From positions 24,849 through 88,848 of the forward strand of contig JACPXZ010000029.1 of NCBI GenBank assembly GCA_016196225.1: a stretch of DNA of 64,000 nt, written 5' to 3'. Shown here one piece after another: positions 18,018 to 28,152 of this stretch (within the stretch, counting starts at the first letter, position 1; every line of letters begins with the position of its first letter). This DNA is from Candidatus Peregrinibacteria bacterium (lineage in GTDB: Bacteria > Patescibacteriota > Gracilibacteria > Peribacterales > Peribacteraceae). The position numbers and the translations under genes are program-made. The notes under the pieces were generated by a model. It did no database searches, had not been told where the DNA came from, and saw nothing but the letters and a program-made list of their open reading frames with translations.

Positions 18018-18869
18018 TCAGTGTGACGTGTTTTTCAGAGCTCCTTTAATCTCCTCCGCCATCTTTTCGGCTGCTTTCGTCGCCGCTTCCTTCCAATCCT
18101 TTCCACTCGAAGCATAGATAATCGAGCGGGAGGCATTGACGATTGCACCGGTGCCATTTGGAATAAATCCATATTTCACGTTCTGTGCAGTGCCTCCTTG
18201 TGTTCCATATCCCGGAATAAGAAAAGGGATATGAGGCATGAGGGTACGAAGATATTTGAGTTCTTCCGGATATGTTGCGCCGATCACTGCGCCTACGCAT
18301 GAAAGATTGCTCCCCCCTAAGTGATGCATGCCCCAACTCTCAGTGAGTTGTGCGATGTGTTCGTGGACACATTCATCCCCTGTGGGGAGATCCTGCAGCT
18401 CTCCGGATGATGGATTGCTTGTTTTGATGAGGACGAATATCCCCTTCTCTGTCTTTGTACATTGTTCGATGAATGGAGTAATTCCATCGGAACCGAGATA
18501 GGGATTGACCGTCAGCGAATCGACAGGACTCCCTTCATATAAATATGCTTCAGCATAAGCCGAGGCCGTCGGACCAATGTCATTGCGCTTACCATCGGCG
18601 ATCACGAGGAGGTTTTGATCTTTGGCATACGAACACGTTTCCCAAAAAACCTTCATCCCCTCCCATCCAAGGAGTTCGTAGTATGCGAGTTGCGGTTTGA
18701 TACATGCGGCAATATTTTTGACTGCGTCAATAATTCCTTTATTGAACGCGAGGACGCCAGCTGGATCTTTTGAGAGATGAAGGGGGAGTTTTTCGAGGAG
18801 AGGATCTAAACCCACACACACGGGAGATTTTTTTTGTGTGGCCTGCATGAGAGCATCCGCAAAATGCAC
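18018..18869 (-). CDS. pyrF: Orotidine 5'-phosphate decarboxylase (type 2)
   Basis: The sequence reads ..PVCVGLDP..IKPQLAYYE..LVIADGKRNDIGPTA..VNPYLGSDG..FVLIKTSNP..IPGYGTQGG. The start is GTG. Confidence 0.88.
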   Translation of the reverse strand: MHFADALMQATQKKSPVCVGLDPLLEKLPLHLSKDPAGVLAFNKGIIDAVKNIAACIKPQLAYYELLGWEGMKVFWETCSYAKDQNLLVIADGKRNDIGPTASAYAEAYLYEGSPVDSLTVNPYLGSDGITPFIEQCTKTEKGIFVLIKTSNPSSGELQDLPTGDECVHEHIAQLTESWGMHHLGGSNLSCVGAVIGATYPEELKYLRTLMPHIPFLIPGYGTQGGTAQNVKYGFIPNGTGAIVNASRSIIYASSGKDWKEAATKAAEKMAEEIKGALKNTSH

Positions 18870-18962
18870 GAATAGAGTATAAAGGTGTACGTTCGTCCAT
18901 TCAAATGAGTTGCAAAGAGGGTGTACGTAAGTACACTCATCATATATTTCCTATTTCCCCTC

Positions 18963-20462
18963 ATGCTGACGCGTCTTACATCCTTTGCAAGTCTGGGTCT
19001 CGAGACGAAGAGGATCACTGTTGAGGTTGGAGCGGCGCCGGGCGAAGGAGGGATCGCGATTGTCGGTCTCGGCGATACGGCAGTACAGGAAAGCAAGCAA
19101 CGTGTCCGACTTGCCTTACGTCACAGTGGATATCGTATTTCGACGGGACAGGCGATCACCGTGAATCTTGCACCCGCCGACATACGTAAGGTTGGTCCTC
19201 GCTATGATTTGCCGATGTCGCTTGGGATTCTTATGGTGAACGGTTTGGTCCCCATCGCGGAGGAACAAATACAAGGCATCGCGTTTTTGGGAGAATTGGC
19301 GCTCGATGGAGGTCTTCGTCATGTGAGTGGGGTACTGCCAGCGGCAATTGCCTGCAAGCAGTATGGGATCCATACGTTGGTCGTTCCCGCGAGTAACGGA
19401 CCGGAAGCGGCGTTGGTCCCTGGACTTAAGGTTATTGCCGCAAGTTCCATTATCGAACTCATTGATATTTTACGCGGGGAGCGTGCGATCCCTGCCATTG
19501 ATCCGCCGGCAGCAAGTCCGGTTCATCATGCGGCAGATATAGATTTTGCGGATGTCCGGGGGCAGATGCATGCCAAGCGTGCACTCGAAATCGCGGCAGC
19601 AGGGGGTCATAACGTGCTTTTGAGCGGGGCACCCGGTGCCGGCAAAACTCTCCTTGCGCAGGCCATGCGGGGGATTTTGCCCCCGCTCAAGAGGAATGAA
19701 TCGCTCGAAGTGACGCAGATTTATTCCGTTGCGAATCTTCTGCCGGATCATACCCCGCTGGTGACTTCTCGACCGTTCCGTGCAGTGCATCACACGGCGA
19801 GCGGCGTGAGTATTGTGGGAGGAGGACAGATCCCCGGTCCCGGCGAAATCAGTTTGGCGCATCGGGGCGTTCTCTTTTTGGACGAACTTTCGGAGTTCCC
19901 GCCGCATGTGCTGGAAGTTCTCCGTCAACCATTGGAGGATCGTACCGTGACGATTACCCGCGCGCAGGGGACGGTAACCTTCCCGGCGGACTTTATCCTG
20001 ATTGCGGCGATGAATCCGCCGGAATTTAGTACCGGGAGTACAAGGCGAATCCGTCGGCGGATCAGTCCCCCACTCCTCGACCGCATCGATCTCACGATTG
20101 ATGTCCAACCGGTGCCGATCGAAGACCTGAGAGGCACTGACCATGGTGGTGAACTATCCGCGACGATACTCGATCGTGTTCTCAAAGCGCGGGAGCGACA
20201 GGAGTATCGTTTTAAAGAGCATGGTATCTGTACTAATGCAGAGATGTCGGTGCGACAACTTAATGAAATATGTCCATTGGATGACGCAACGGAGCAACTC
20301 CTCTCCAAAGCAGCCGATCGACTCCGGCTTTCGGCACGGGGATATCACCGGACGATCAAGGTGGCGCGGACAATTGCCGATCTTTGCGATGCTGATGCGA
20401 TTGGAGTGGCACATGTGGCAGAGGCTCTTCAGTACCGACAGAAGATCGGGATCGAAGAGTAG
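18963..20462 (+). CDS. comM: Mg-chelatase-like ATPase ComM/YifB
   Basis: The sequence reads MLTRLTSFASLGLE..IVGLGDTAVQESKQRVRLAL..DLPMSLGIL..LLSGAPGAGKTLLA..GVLFLDELSEF. Confidence 0.9.
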   Translation: MLTRLTSFASLGLETKRITVEVGAAPGEGGIAIVGLGDTAVQESKQRVRLALRHSGYRISTGQAITVNLAPADIRKVGPRYDLPMSLGILMVNGLVPIAEEQIQGIAFLGELALDGGLRHVSGVLPAAIACKQYGIHTLVVPASNGPEAALVPGLKVIAASSIIELIDILRGERAIPAIDPPAASPVHHAADIDFADVRGQMHAKRALEIAAAGGHNVLLSGAPGAGKTLLAQAMRGILPPLKRNESLEVTQIYSVANLLPDHTPLVTSRPFRAVHHTASGVSIVGGGQIPGPGEISLAHRGVLFLDELSEFPPHVLEVLRQPLEDRTVTITRAQGTVTFPADFILIAAMNPPEFSTGSTRRIRRRISPPLLDRIDLTIDVQPVPIEDLRGTDHGGELSATILDRVLKARERQEYRFKEHGICTNAEMSVRQLNEICPLDDATEQLLSKAADRLRLSARGYHRTIKVARTIADLCDADAIGVAHVAEALQYRQKIGIEE

Positions 20463-20463
20463 T

Positions 20464-20853
20464 ATGTTTTGGTGGCGTGATCCATTTGCGGGAGAAGCGG
20501 AGCATATCGCAACGGGAAAACGCGGGGAAAACATAGCGGAGAAGTATCTCCGAAAACTGGGGTATCCCATTTGGGATAAAAATATGCGCATTGGGCGAAG
20601 AGATGAGATTGATTTGATTGCTTATGATAATAAAGAGCGCGTTCTGGTATTTATCGAAGTCAAAACACGATCAACTCCAAACGAGGATTTTCATCCGCTC
20701 CTTAATTTTACGTACAAAAAGAGACAATCCTTTCAGCGTGCCGTCCGGCGATGGATTGCGCGTCAGGAATATGAGGGGGGATACCGAATGGATGTTATTT
20801 GCGTGATGGGGGGAGAGGTTGCTGAACACATTCGGGAGGTCGCATGGCTCTAA
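20464..20853 (+). CDS. yraN: YraN family (UPF0102) endonuclease-like protein
   Basis: The sequence reads GENIAEKYLRKLGYPIWDKNMRIGRRDEIDLIAYDNKERVLVFIEVKTRS. ATG 20464 is in frame within ORF 20143..20853. Confidence 0.85.
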   Translation: MFWWRDPFAGEAEHIATGKRGENIAEKYLRKLGYPIWDKNMRIGRRDEIDLIAYDNKERVLVFIEVKTRSTPNEDFHPLLNFTYKKRQSFQRAVRRWIARQEYEGGYRMDVICVMGGEVAEHIREVAWL

Positions 20854-20863
20854 TTCTTTTCAT

Positions 20864-20946
20864 GTCATCCTGCCTGTCGGCCGTAGCTTGTAGAGCGAAG
20901 GCTGGAGGAGCTCTGACGAAGGACGGAGCGCGTATCGAAGGATCAT
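20864..20946. repeat. Second copy of the GTCATCCTG...GTATCGAAGGATCAT element, carrying a nested GC-rich hairpin repeat
   Basis: It has the same 9-nt and 15-nt ends as the 17942-17996 copy. Its interior (20869-20905) matches the CCnGCCGTAGC..GCGAAGGCTGG family seen at 1807-1850 and 1914-1955. Confidence 0.7.
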
Positions 20947-21626
20947 TAATGAATATTCCTTATAACGGTGACGTCGGATTGCTCAAGAACCGCCTTCATC
21001 GGCCATGAGGATTCTCCACCGGAACTTTTCAGCATCTTGTCCCATGTTTTCTTTTTGTCCCTGCCCCTTAAGAGGAGGATGTGGGAAGTTGCTGCGAGGA
21101 TGGGATTGAGGGTGAGGGTAATACGGTCGGGAATATCGAATGTATCAGTGTGGGTGTGTGCAATGAGCAGGGAATCATCACGGAGGTTTGGAGGGAGAGG
21201 GGGGAAGAGTGAGGCAATATGGCCGTCTGTGCCCATGCCGAGGACGATGATATCGGGGAGGTGTTTGGCCCAAAGTTCTTTGAGATCTTTTACATATTTT
21301 TGTATACATGTCTTGATGGGGAGAGAGGAATCGGGAACAGTGAGAGAAATATTGGGCAGAGTTTTGCGGATAAGATACTGATTGCTCTTGGGATCATCTG
21401 GCGGAACATACCGTTCGTCGATGAGGAATCCCGATATTTTTGACCAATTCATTTTCTCTTTTTCCAATGCTTGGTATATCGGTCGTGGTGTAGAACCGCC
21501 GGAGAATCCAATGATGCAATGATCACGTTGGACAATTGAGTCTTCAATTTTTTGTTTCAGGAACGTAACTGATTTTTGAACGAATTCTTGTTCGGATGCC
21601 GTCTCAATAAGTTGGTAATTTTTCAT
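20946..21626 (-). CDS. pgl: 6-phosphogluconolactonase
   Basis: The sequence reads MKNYQLIE..IGFSGGSTPRPIY..FLIDERYVPPDDPKSN..LGMGTDGHIASLFP. ATG 21626 is in frame within ORF 20946..21800. Confidence 0.85.
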   Translation of the reverse strand: MKNYQLIETASEQEFVQKSVTFLKQKIEDSIVQRDHCIIGFSGGSTPRPIYQALEKEKMNWSKISGFLIDERYVPPDDPKSNQYLIRKTLPNISLTVPDSSLPIKTCIQKYVKDLKELWAKHLPDIIVLGMGTDGHIASLFPPLPPNLRDDSLLIAHTHTDTFDIPDRITLTLNPILAATSHILLLRGRDKKKTWDKMLKSSGGESSWPMKAVLEQSDVTVIRNIH

Positions 21627-21634
21627 TCTGTTTC

Positions 21635-23047
21635 CTAAAACCACCCAATTCCCTCTTTTGCAATCCATGCATCCGCTTCTGCCGGTCCTGAGGTCCCCTT
21701 TTTGTACGTGGAGAGAGGTGTTTTTTTCTTCTCGAAATGCGCTTGTAGCGGGTCGATGAGTTTCCAGGCAGCTCGTACTTCGTCGAAGGTGAGATACCAA
21801 ACTTGCTTTCCATAAATGGCTTCGAGGAGGAGGAGGCCGTGTTCCGGGAGACAGTCTCCAACGCAGACGAGAGGATCTTCGAGGATCAGTGGTCGAAATG
21901 CCGGTTCCGTCCCCCCCAATTTTGTTTGGAGATGCATGCGCATGCCGGCTTCTCCTTGGAGGATAATATCGAGGCGGTTACAGGAAGAACCGGAGCCGAT
22001 GGGATTTGGGGCCTGGAACTGAATGGAGATGCGCGTTTCTTTTTTGTTGAGGTATTTACCGGAACGGAGGTAAAAGGGTACCCCTTCCCAGCGCGAGATC
22101 CGGGTCATGAGCTTGAGACAGGCGAAGGTATTGGTTCGGGAGTTTGCGGAAACTTTGTCTTCTTCACGATACTTCTCACATTGCGCCTGCAGGACAATGT
22201 CCCGTAAGTCGGTTGCCGGGGGGATGTAGAACTGTTCGAGCGCATTCAGGCGGCTGTTTTGAATTGAATCTTCTCCATGCAGACGCATGGTGAGGAGGGA
22301 CGCAATTTCGAGCAAGTGCGATTGGAACATATCGCGAAACGTCCCCACTTGATCAAAGTATCCCGCGCGTCCTTCGAGTCCTGATGTTTCCAATGCGGTA
22401 ATTTCGACATGATGGATCAGTGTATTTTTGAAGAGACGCTCAAGGAGAGGATTGGCATAACGCAGATAGTAAACGTTCCGTACCGCTTCTTTGCCAAGAT
22501 AATGATCGAGGAGGTAAATCTCTTCGCTGCGAAAACATTGCGTAAGGGATGTATAAATCTTCTCCGCACTTTGACCGTCATGCCCGACCGGTTTTTCGAC
22601 AATACAGCGGAAGTCCCCTTTCCGCGTATGGCAGTGAATCCCTCCTTTACAGAGGTTTTGGAGAATCGGTGGGAACATCGTTGGGGGAACGGAAAGGTAG
22701 GCCAGACGGACCCATGATTTACTTTTTTCTATCGCAGAGAGTCGTTGGTTGAGTGTGTCGAAATCCTTTTGTTCCTGATACTCACCACGGTGATAAACGC
22801 AGTGGTGTAAAAAATCGTTTAGCACACTCTTATTTACCTCGGGGAGGTCTCGGTGAATCGAAACCGAAATAAGTTCGCGGAATGAATCGTCCGTCATTGG
22901 GGATCGTGCGAATCCCACAATGGCATACTCTTTGGGGAGGCGTTTTTTAAGGGCAAGAATGTAGAGTGCAGGATAAAGTTTGAGCACCGCTAAGTGCCCG
23001 GAGGCACCGAAGAGAATCAAACTGAAAGGATTGGATGTGGCCAGCAC
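21635..23047 (-). CDS. zwf: Glucose-6-phosphate 1-dehydrogenase
   Basis: The sequence reads [45 protein letters not shown]. The start is GTG. Confidence 0.92.
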   Translation of the reverse strand: MLATSNPFSLILFGASGHLAVLKLYPALYILALKKRLPKEYAIVGFARSPMTDDSFRELISVSIHRDLPEVNKSVLNDFLHHCVYHRGEYQEQKDFDTLNQRLSAIEKSKSWVRLAYLSVPPTMFPPILQNLCKGGIHCHTRKGDFRCIVEKPVGHDGQSAEKIYTSLTQCFRSEEIYLLDHYLGKEAVRNVYYLRYANPLLERLFKNTLIHHVEITALETSGLEGRAGYFDQVGTFRDMFQSHLLEIASLLTMRLHGEDSIQNSRLNALEQFYIPPATDLRDIVLQAQCEKYREEDKVSANSRTNTFACLKLMTRISRWEGVPFYLRSGKYLNKKETRISIQFQAPNPIGSGSSCNRLDIILQGEAGMRMHLQTKLGGTEPAFRPLILEDPLVCVGDCLPEHGLLLLEAIYGKQVWYLTFDEVRAAWKLIDPLQAHFEKKKTPLSTYKKGTSGPAEADAWIAKEGIGWF

Positions 23048-23096
23048 AGCGGCTACTATAGCATTTAGGCTGCGGTCGCGTATACTTCCTCTTTCT

Positions 23097-24293
23097 ATGT
23101 CTTATCTTTTTACATCAGAGTCGGTAACAGAAGGGCATCCTGACAAAGTTTGCGATCAGATCAGTGACGCGGTTCTCGATGCGGCGCTCCGGGGAGATCC
23201 GCAGAGTCGGGTGGCGTGCGAGTGTTTTGTAAATGAGGGCATTACTGTCGGAGGCGAAATGACGAGCAAGGCACGACTGGGCCCTAGGCGTATTGAGGCA
23301 ATTGTTCGGGAAGTGTTACGAGATATTGGGTATACCGATCGGAGTTTTGGTATTGATGCCAATTCGTGCACAGTTGGTATCGAGATGGGACAACAAAGCC
23401 CCGATATTGCGATGGGAGTGAATGGAACGGTGACGCATGAGCAGGGGGCCGGAGATCAGGGGATGATGTTTGGGTACGCTTGCGATGACACGCCGGAGTG
23501 CATGCCACTGCCTATTCAATTGGCACATCGACTCACCAGGCGTCTCGCGGATGTTCGTAAAAGCGGTCTTATCCCCTTCCTTCGGCCGGACGGGAAGAGT
23601 CAAGTGACGGTGCAATATGGTGATAATGGTAGGCCCGAGCGTGTTGATACGGTTGTCGTGTCCACACAACATCAGGAAAATATTCCCCATGCACGGATTT
23701 GTGAGGAGGTGCGACGTCATGTGATTGATACGATCTGTGGACAGTACATGGATGACGCGACCAAGGTGCATATTAATCCCACCGGACAGTTTGTGTTGGG
23801 GGGTCCCGCCGCAGATTGCGGACTGACCGGACGTAAGATCATTGTGGATACGTATGGCGGAGCGGGACGACACGGGGGCGGAGCCTTCTCCGGCAAAGAC
23901 CCGAGCAAAGTTGATCGTAGTGGAGCGTATGCGGCGAGATGGATTGCCAAACATATGGTGAAAGGAGGTCTGGCCAGACGATGTGAAGTACAGGTTGCGT
24001 ATGCGATCGGGATTGCGCGTCCGGTCTCCATCCACGTCGATACGTTTGGATCGGCCATGGTGAGTGATCGTATGCTGGAAGAAGCGATTATCGAGGTTTT
24101 TGACTTGCGACCGGCGGCGATCATCTCTGCGCTCGATCTTCGGCGTCCGCAATACCAGCAGCTTGCATCGTATGGGCATATGGGACGCGAAGATCTCGGG
24201 GTAAAGTGGGAGGAGACGCCGCATATCGCAGCACTACAGCAGACCATCCAAAAAAAAGGATCCCTCCTGAACTTGACAAGGGTCGGCGTGTAA
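23097..24293 (+). CDS. metK: S-adenosylmethionine synthase
   Basis: The sequence reads [60 protein letters not shown]. Confidence 0.96.
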   Translation: MSYLFTSESVTEGHPDKVCDQISDAVLDAALRGDPQSRVACECFVNEGITVGGEMTSKARLGPRRIEAIVREVLRDIGYTDRSFGIDANSCTVGIEMGQQSPDIAMGVNGTVTHEQGAGDQGMMFGYACDDTPECMPLPIQLAHRLTRRLADVRKSGLIPFLRPDGKSQVTVQYGDNGRPERVDTVVVSTQHQENIPHARICEEVRRHVIDTICGQYMDDATKVHINPTGQFVLGGPAADCGLTGRKIIVDTYGGAGRHGGGAFSGKDPSKVDRSGAYAARWIAKHMVKGGLARRCEVQVAYAIGIARPVSIHVDTFGSAMVSDRMLEEAIIEVFDLRPAAIISALDLRRPQYQQLASYGHMGREDLGVKWEETPHIAALQQTIQKKGSLLNLTRVGV

Positions 24294-24310
24294 AGTAGAA
24301 TTGTCGTTTA

Positions 24311-24787
24311 ATGACTGCCGAGCAATCGTCACCATCTGCAGAAGAGCAGGTTGAAGCGCACCGTATTCTTGGGAAAACGTTTACAAAAAATGAGGCAAAA
24401 GCAGTCGATCCCGATCGAATCTTTTATGGTTTATTTACGGATCCTGCCGATACCAATCGTGTACAGTGTGACCAGAAATGTTTGATCGGACGGGTGCAAG
24501 AACTTTGTTGTGGTGAGCCGACACCGGAGCAACTTTTGTGTATTGTCGAAGTAAGCAGGGTTCCTGGATTGGAACCTGTACGAAGAATTGTTTACGCTCT
24601 TCTGGCGCGGGGTACGTTGGATCAAAAGAAGAAAGCAGCTCGTGCACTTGCGAGCCTAGACCCTGCCGCCGCAGCGATTGTGAATGGGTTGGATCAATTA
24701 GTGGATAAACCGACTCCAAAGCCGGAAGAAAAAAAACCAGAATCTCCCCGATTTGTCTGCGGGACGGAATTAGTAAGTGGAAGATAG
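24311..24787 (+). CDS. Hypothetical protein
   Basis: It is an ATG-initiated ORF with plausible composition. I recognise no family. It overlaps the 3' end of the convergent amidase gene by 18 nt. Confidence 0.45.
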   Translation: MTAEQSSPSAEEQVEAHRILGKTFTKNEAKAVDPDRIFYGLFTDPADTNRVQCDQKCLIGRVQELCCGEPTPEQLLCIVEVSRVPGLEPVRRIVYALLARGTLDQKKKAARALASLDPAAAAIVNGLDQLVDKPTPKPEEKKPESPRFVCGTELVSGR

Positions 24788-26635
24788 AGGTGAGATACTT
24801 GTTCCGGGGTAATAGTACCGCAGGATTTGTTCCGCGGTTCTTCCTTCTTCCACTTGCCCCCGAGCTCCGCAGCCGGACATTCCCACGCCATGGCCTTTTA
24901 ACGGAAGTCCTTGGCACCAAGGATCTGGTTTGCTTATGAATACTTCTGCAAAGGGGAAGTTCATCCATCCTCGCTCTAAAGGCGTTCGAGTCCGGCCGTC
25001 ATCCGTTGAAAAATATGCCGCTTTCACGATACCGCCATTTTTTTTCAGTACTTGTGAGGTAGTACGTTGGACTGCTTGCACCCATTGTGGATTTTTTCGT
25101 TCGAATGCGACGCCTCCATACGCTTGGAATTCACCGGGATCATCGGAGCCGTCATAGGGCATACCGGGGAACTTTCTGTGCCCTGTAGCGAGCTCCGCTC
25201 TGCTACTGGGGCGGTTTAAAGATTCCATATAAAATGCCGCGTAACTCCGTGCCGCGATCGCGAACGCACGTTGCTTTTCGTAGGGCTCGGTGTCGGGCTC
25301 TTCAGCAAGACCTTTGAGATAGTCTTCCAGTGGGAGAGCGTTGATGAGTGTGAGACGATTATCAATGACGCGACATTCGATGACTCCGCGGAACTGATTG
25401 GCTCTGCGATCCCAACTGGTGATGGTGATGATCCCTTCCCCCGCATCAACATGCGGAATGTTGCACGAGTCGTTTTCGTTTTTGAGTAGCACTTCTCCAA
25501 TAGTTGGAGCTGCAAGCGTTGCCGCCTGTGCCGTGTACGAGAGACGGATGCGGATACTAGGGGGTAGTTTCTTGTTTGTAGTGATGACGGGTTGCGGGGA
25601 CGCAGTTGTGTCACGGGTGACACGTTCCACCGCTCTTGCGACCATTCGACGGGAGCGGGTAGTGCGGCGGGAGTAGCGCGGCTGCGGGACGGTCTCGATA
25701 CTCCCACTACGTATTTTTTTCCGCGCGTCTGCCCGTTCCGTGAGATGTTGGGTGATGCGGATGGCGGGGAAGGTCACACCCGTCGTGAGTGTTCCTCGTG
25801 CGACGTGACTTCGAATTTGTGAGAGAACTCCATCAAGAAAGTACCCCGGGCATACCGTGGAATTCAAATCGTTGTGGCCGACGATGGTTGAGATATCTTT
25901 TCCATGAAACCGCACTCGTCCATTGGGATCGATGCCGTATTTCTTTGTAAGATCGTCGAGAAGCCACTGCAATCCCTGGATTTGTTCTTGCGAAGGCTTC
26001 TCCTGCTCAAAATTGCCGAGGAGGGCGATGCCAAGGGATCCGACATTATAACAATAGGCATGCCCGCCAACCGCATAATCCCCTCCCACGCGCCCCTCAT
26101 AGATCCGTCCACTCTCTCCAATAACGAAGTTATAACCGATATCGCCCCATCCGAGACTATTCGCATGGTATGTGTACAGGGCGCGGACGCGTTCTTCTTC
26201 TGTCCTCGTTTCACCGTTCACCTCTAGGGCAGTGTGATGGACGACGAGGAGTTGTATATCGCTCGAGTATTGCAGCGCCCATCGGTAACGGCGTCCTTGC
26301 GGATCGTTGCCAATCGTGCGAGCCGCTACGAATTCAGTCGGGAAATCGTTCTGGAGGGTATCGCAATCTTTTTCGCGGTCGGATGATTCTTTACGTTGCA
26401 CAACACGATCCGAATGTTTTTGTGGAGATTCTCTTTGTTGAAAGAGGAAAGAGGGATCTGCTCCCCATTGTTCACGAGAGACGACGCGAGAGGTAAATGA
26501 CAGCGGAATATCCCGGCGAACTAACAACGTCGTTTCGTGCGTCGGTGAAACATTCGTGAGGTCTAAAAAAGTGTCTGTGTGTTCTGCTAAAGCAGGCCGG
26601 ATAGTGAAGAAAAAGATGAAGAGGATGATTTTCAT
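24770..26635 (-). CDS. Secreted peptidoglycan hydrolase: N-acetylmuramoyl-L-alanine amidase (Amidase_2/PGRP) fused to a SpoIID/LytB-like domain
   Basis: It has a signal peptide (MKIILFIFFFTIRPALA). The amidase_2 blocks are VVHHTA..YHANSLGWGDIGYNFVIG..VGHNDLNSTVCPG. The SpoIID-like C-terminus reads LEDYLKGLAEEP..QRAFAIAARSYA..AAYFSTDDGRT..GHGVGMSGCGA. Confidence 0.8.
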   Translation of the reverse strand: MKIILFIFFFTIRPALAEHTDTFLDLTNVSPTHETTLLVRRDIPLSFTSRVVSREQWGADPSFLFQQRESPQKHSDRVVQRKESSDREKDCDTLQNDFPTEFVAARTIGNDPQGRRYRWALQYSSDIQLLVVHHTALEVNGETRTEEERVRALYTYHANSLGWGDIGYNFVIGESGRIYEGRVGGDYAVGGHAYCYNVGSLGIALLGNFEQEKPSQEQIQGLQWLLDDLTKKYGIDPNGRVRFHGKDISTIVGHNDLNSTVCPGYFLDGVLSQIRSHVARGTLTTGVTFPAIRITQHLTERADARKKIRSGSIETVPQPRYSRRTTRSRRMVARAVERVTRDTTASPQPVITTNKKLPPSIRIRLSYTAQAATLAAPTIGEVLLKNENDSCNIPHVDAGEGIITITSWDRRANQFRGVIECRVIDNRLTLINALPLEDYLKGLAEEPDTEPYEKQRAFAIAARSYAAFYMESLNRPSSRAELATGHRKFPGMPYDGSDDPGEFQAYGGVAFERKNPQWVQAVQRTTSQVLKKNGGIVKAAYFSTDDGRTRTPLERGWMNFPFAEVFISKPDPWCQGLPLKGHGVGMSGCGARGQVEEGRTAEQILRYYYPGTSISPLSSTY

Positions 26636-26638
26636 GAT

Positions 26639-27751
26639 TCAAGATGAGGATCGCAGGAGTTTTTCATATGCATCCACCATATTCCCCACAGAAAATTTCT
26701 CTTTTACTGTTTTTCTTGCGTGGTCTGAAAGCCGATGTTTAAAATCGCCCGTCTTGATTTTTAAAATGGCTTCCTTTAGGGCTAAAGATGAATTTTCCGG
26801 AACAACAATCGCATCAACTCCATCATGGAGGTATCCGGCAATACCGCACGCTTGCGTTACAATAACCGGTACTCCGCAGCACATTGCTTCTGCCACAACC
26901 ATTCCAAACGGATCGTGTTCTCTGGACGGAAGAGCAAGGACATCGATCGAAGAGTAGAAGTCGCGAGTATCATCGATCCAGCTCTGCAGGCGTATCCGAT
27001 GCGAGAGATTGCGTTCGTCGATGATTTTTCGAAAGTATGACTCCTCTGGACCACGACCCAAAATCGTAAGTTCCACTTCTGGAGTATCGGTCACCGCATC
27101 AATAAGGAGATCCACTCCCTTATCGGGAGTAAGTCGGGCAATGCAGCCGATATGGAGCATGTCACCCTGAGCCCGATGAAAGGTGTCATGGTTCGCCCTG
27201 CTCACCATGACATTACATACTCCATTTGGAATGGCGATAATTTTTTCCTCATCCCATCCCAACTCTCTGTACATTTTTTTACTTAAATCCGATACGACGA
27301 TCGTCGTTACATTTTTCGAGAGTTTGCGGAGAGTGGGGAGCCACGGGTTCCATGTGAGGGAGGGGCTAATGCGATCGTGTTCGATCCAAAAAACCCTGAT
27401 GTCGTGCTCGAGAGCCCAGGAGGTGAGGAGGAGTTTTTCTGAGAGACTGATCATGAAGATAGCTTCCGGGAGCGATTTCCTAGTCTCTAGGAATTCGACG
27501 AGGATTTTTTGCATGCCATTTTTTCTCCAAAGAAAATTCACTGCACCCCATTTTTTGACGGGCGGGGGACCAATGTCTAATATTCTACATTCGATATTCT
27601 GCGTTCTACATTTTTGTAAAAGCGTTGGGCAACTTCCCATAAATATCACGTCATGGCCCCTCTGTTTGAGCTCCTTCATCAGGCTCAACGTTTGCACCTC
27701 CGCGCCTCCATAGGCGCTTTCGAGCGGGAACCGAGTGAAGAGGATGTTCAT
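26639..27751 (-). CDS. Glycosyltransferase family 4 (GT-B)
   Basis: The sequence reads GGAEVQTLSLMKELKQRGHDV..PSREHDPFGMVVAEAMCCGVPVIV. Confidence 0.85.
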   Translation of the reverse strand: MNILFTRFPLESAYGGAEVQTLSLMKELKQRGHDVIFMGSCPTLLQKCRTQNIECRILDIGPPPVKKWGAVNFLWRKNGMQKILVEFLETRKSLPEAIFMISLSEKLLLTSWALEHDIRVFWIEHDRISPSLTWNPWLPTLRKLSKNVTTIVVSDLSKKMYRELGWDEEKIIAIPNGVCNVMVSRANHDTFHRAQGDMLHIGCIARLTPDKGVDLLIDAVTDTPEVELTILGRGPEESYFRKIIDERNLSHRIRLQSWIDDTRDFYSSIDVLALPSREHDPFGMVVAEAMCCGVPVIVTQACGIAGYLHDGVDAIVVPENSSLALKEAILKIKTGDFKHRLSDHARKTVKEKFSVGNMVDAYEKLLRSSS

Positions 27752-28152
27752 GCGGAAAGGATGATCTTTTGGACTATCTGATACAAGTCGTTCACGGATT
27801 CTCCTTTTGCGGGGAGGAGATGGTCATGTCCGGACGGCGCAGGGCCGTCGCAATGGAGAAACATGGAGATGAAGTCTGCCCCGAGTTCGGACCGCATGTC
27901 AGCGAGGAACGGCGTCGCGTCCTGATACGAGAGGAGAACATGGGTATTCTTCGCATGCATTTCTTTTGCCAAGTGAATGGCGAGCATGAGGAGGAGATCC
28001 TCGCTTGGTTCCACGGGGATTGCTTCCCGGAAGATTTCTGTTTCGCTCAGACCCTCGATAGGGAGATGGCGCCACGTTGAGTGTTCTTTGATTATTTTTT
28101 CGGCCAGTGCCACACGAGCAAGATCACTCGAGCCTTGTAACAGGAGGATCAT
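27748..28152 (-). CDS. Hypothetical protein (kinase-like fold with a degenerate P-loop?)
   Basis: The N-terminus MILLLQGSSDLARVALAEKI resembles a small-kinase N-terminus, but GxxxxGK[ST] is replaced. It is translationally coupled by 4-nt overlaps on both sides. Confidence 0.5.
   Translation of the reverse strand: MILLLQGSSDLARVALAEKIIKEHSTWRHLPIEGLSETEIFREAIPVEPSEDLLLMLAIHLAKEMHAKNTHVLLSYQDATPFLADMRSELGADFISMFLHCDGPAPSGHDHLLPAKGESVNDLYQIVQKIILSA

Noticed and set aside
23316-24247. Minus-strand ORFs of 302 aa and 176 aa.
   Set aside because: Both are antisense to metK, whose identity is unambiguous.
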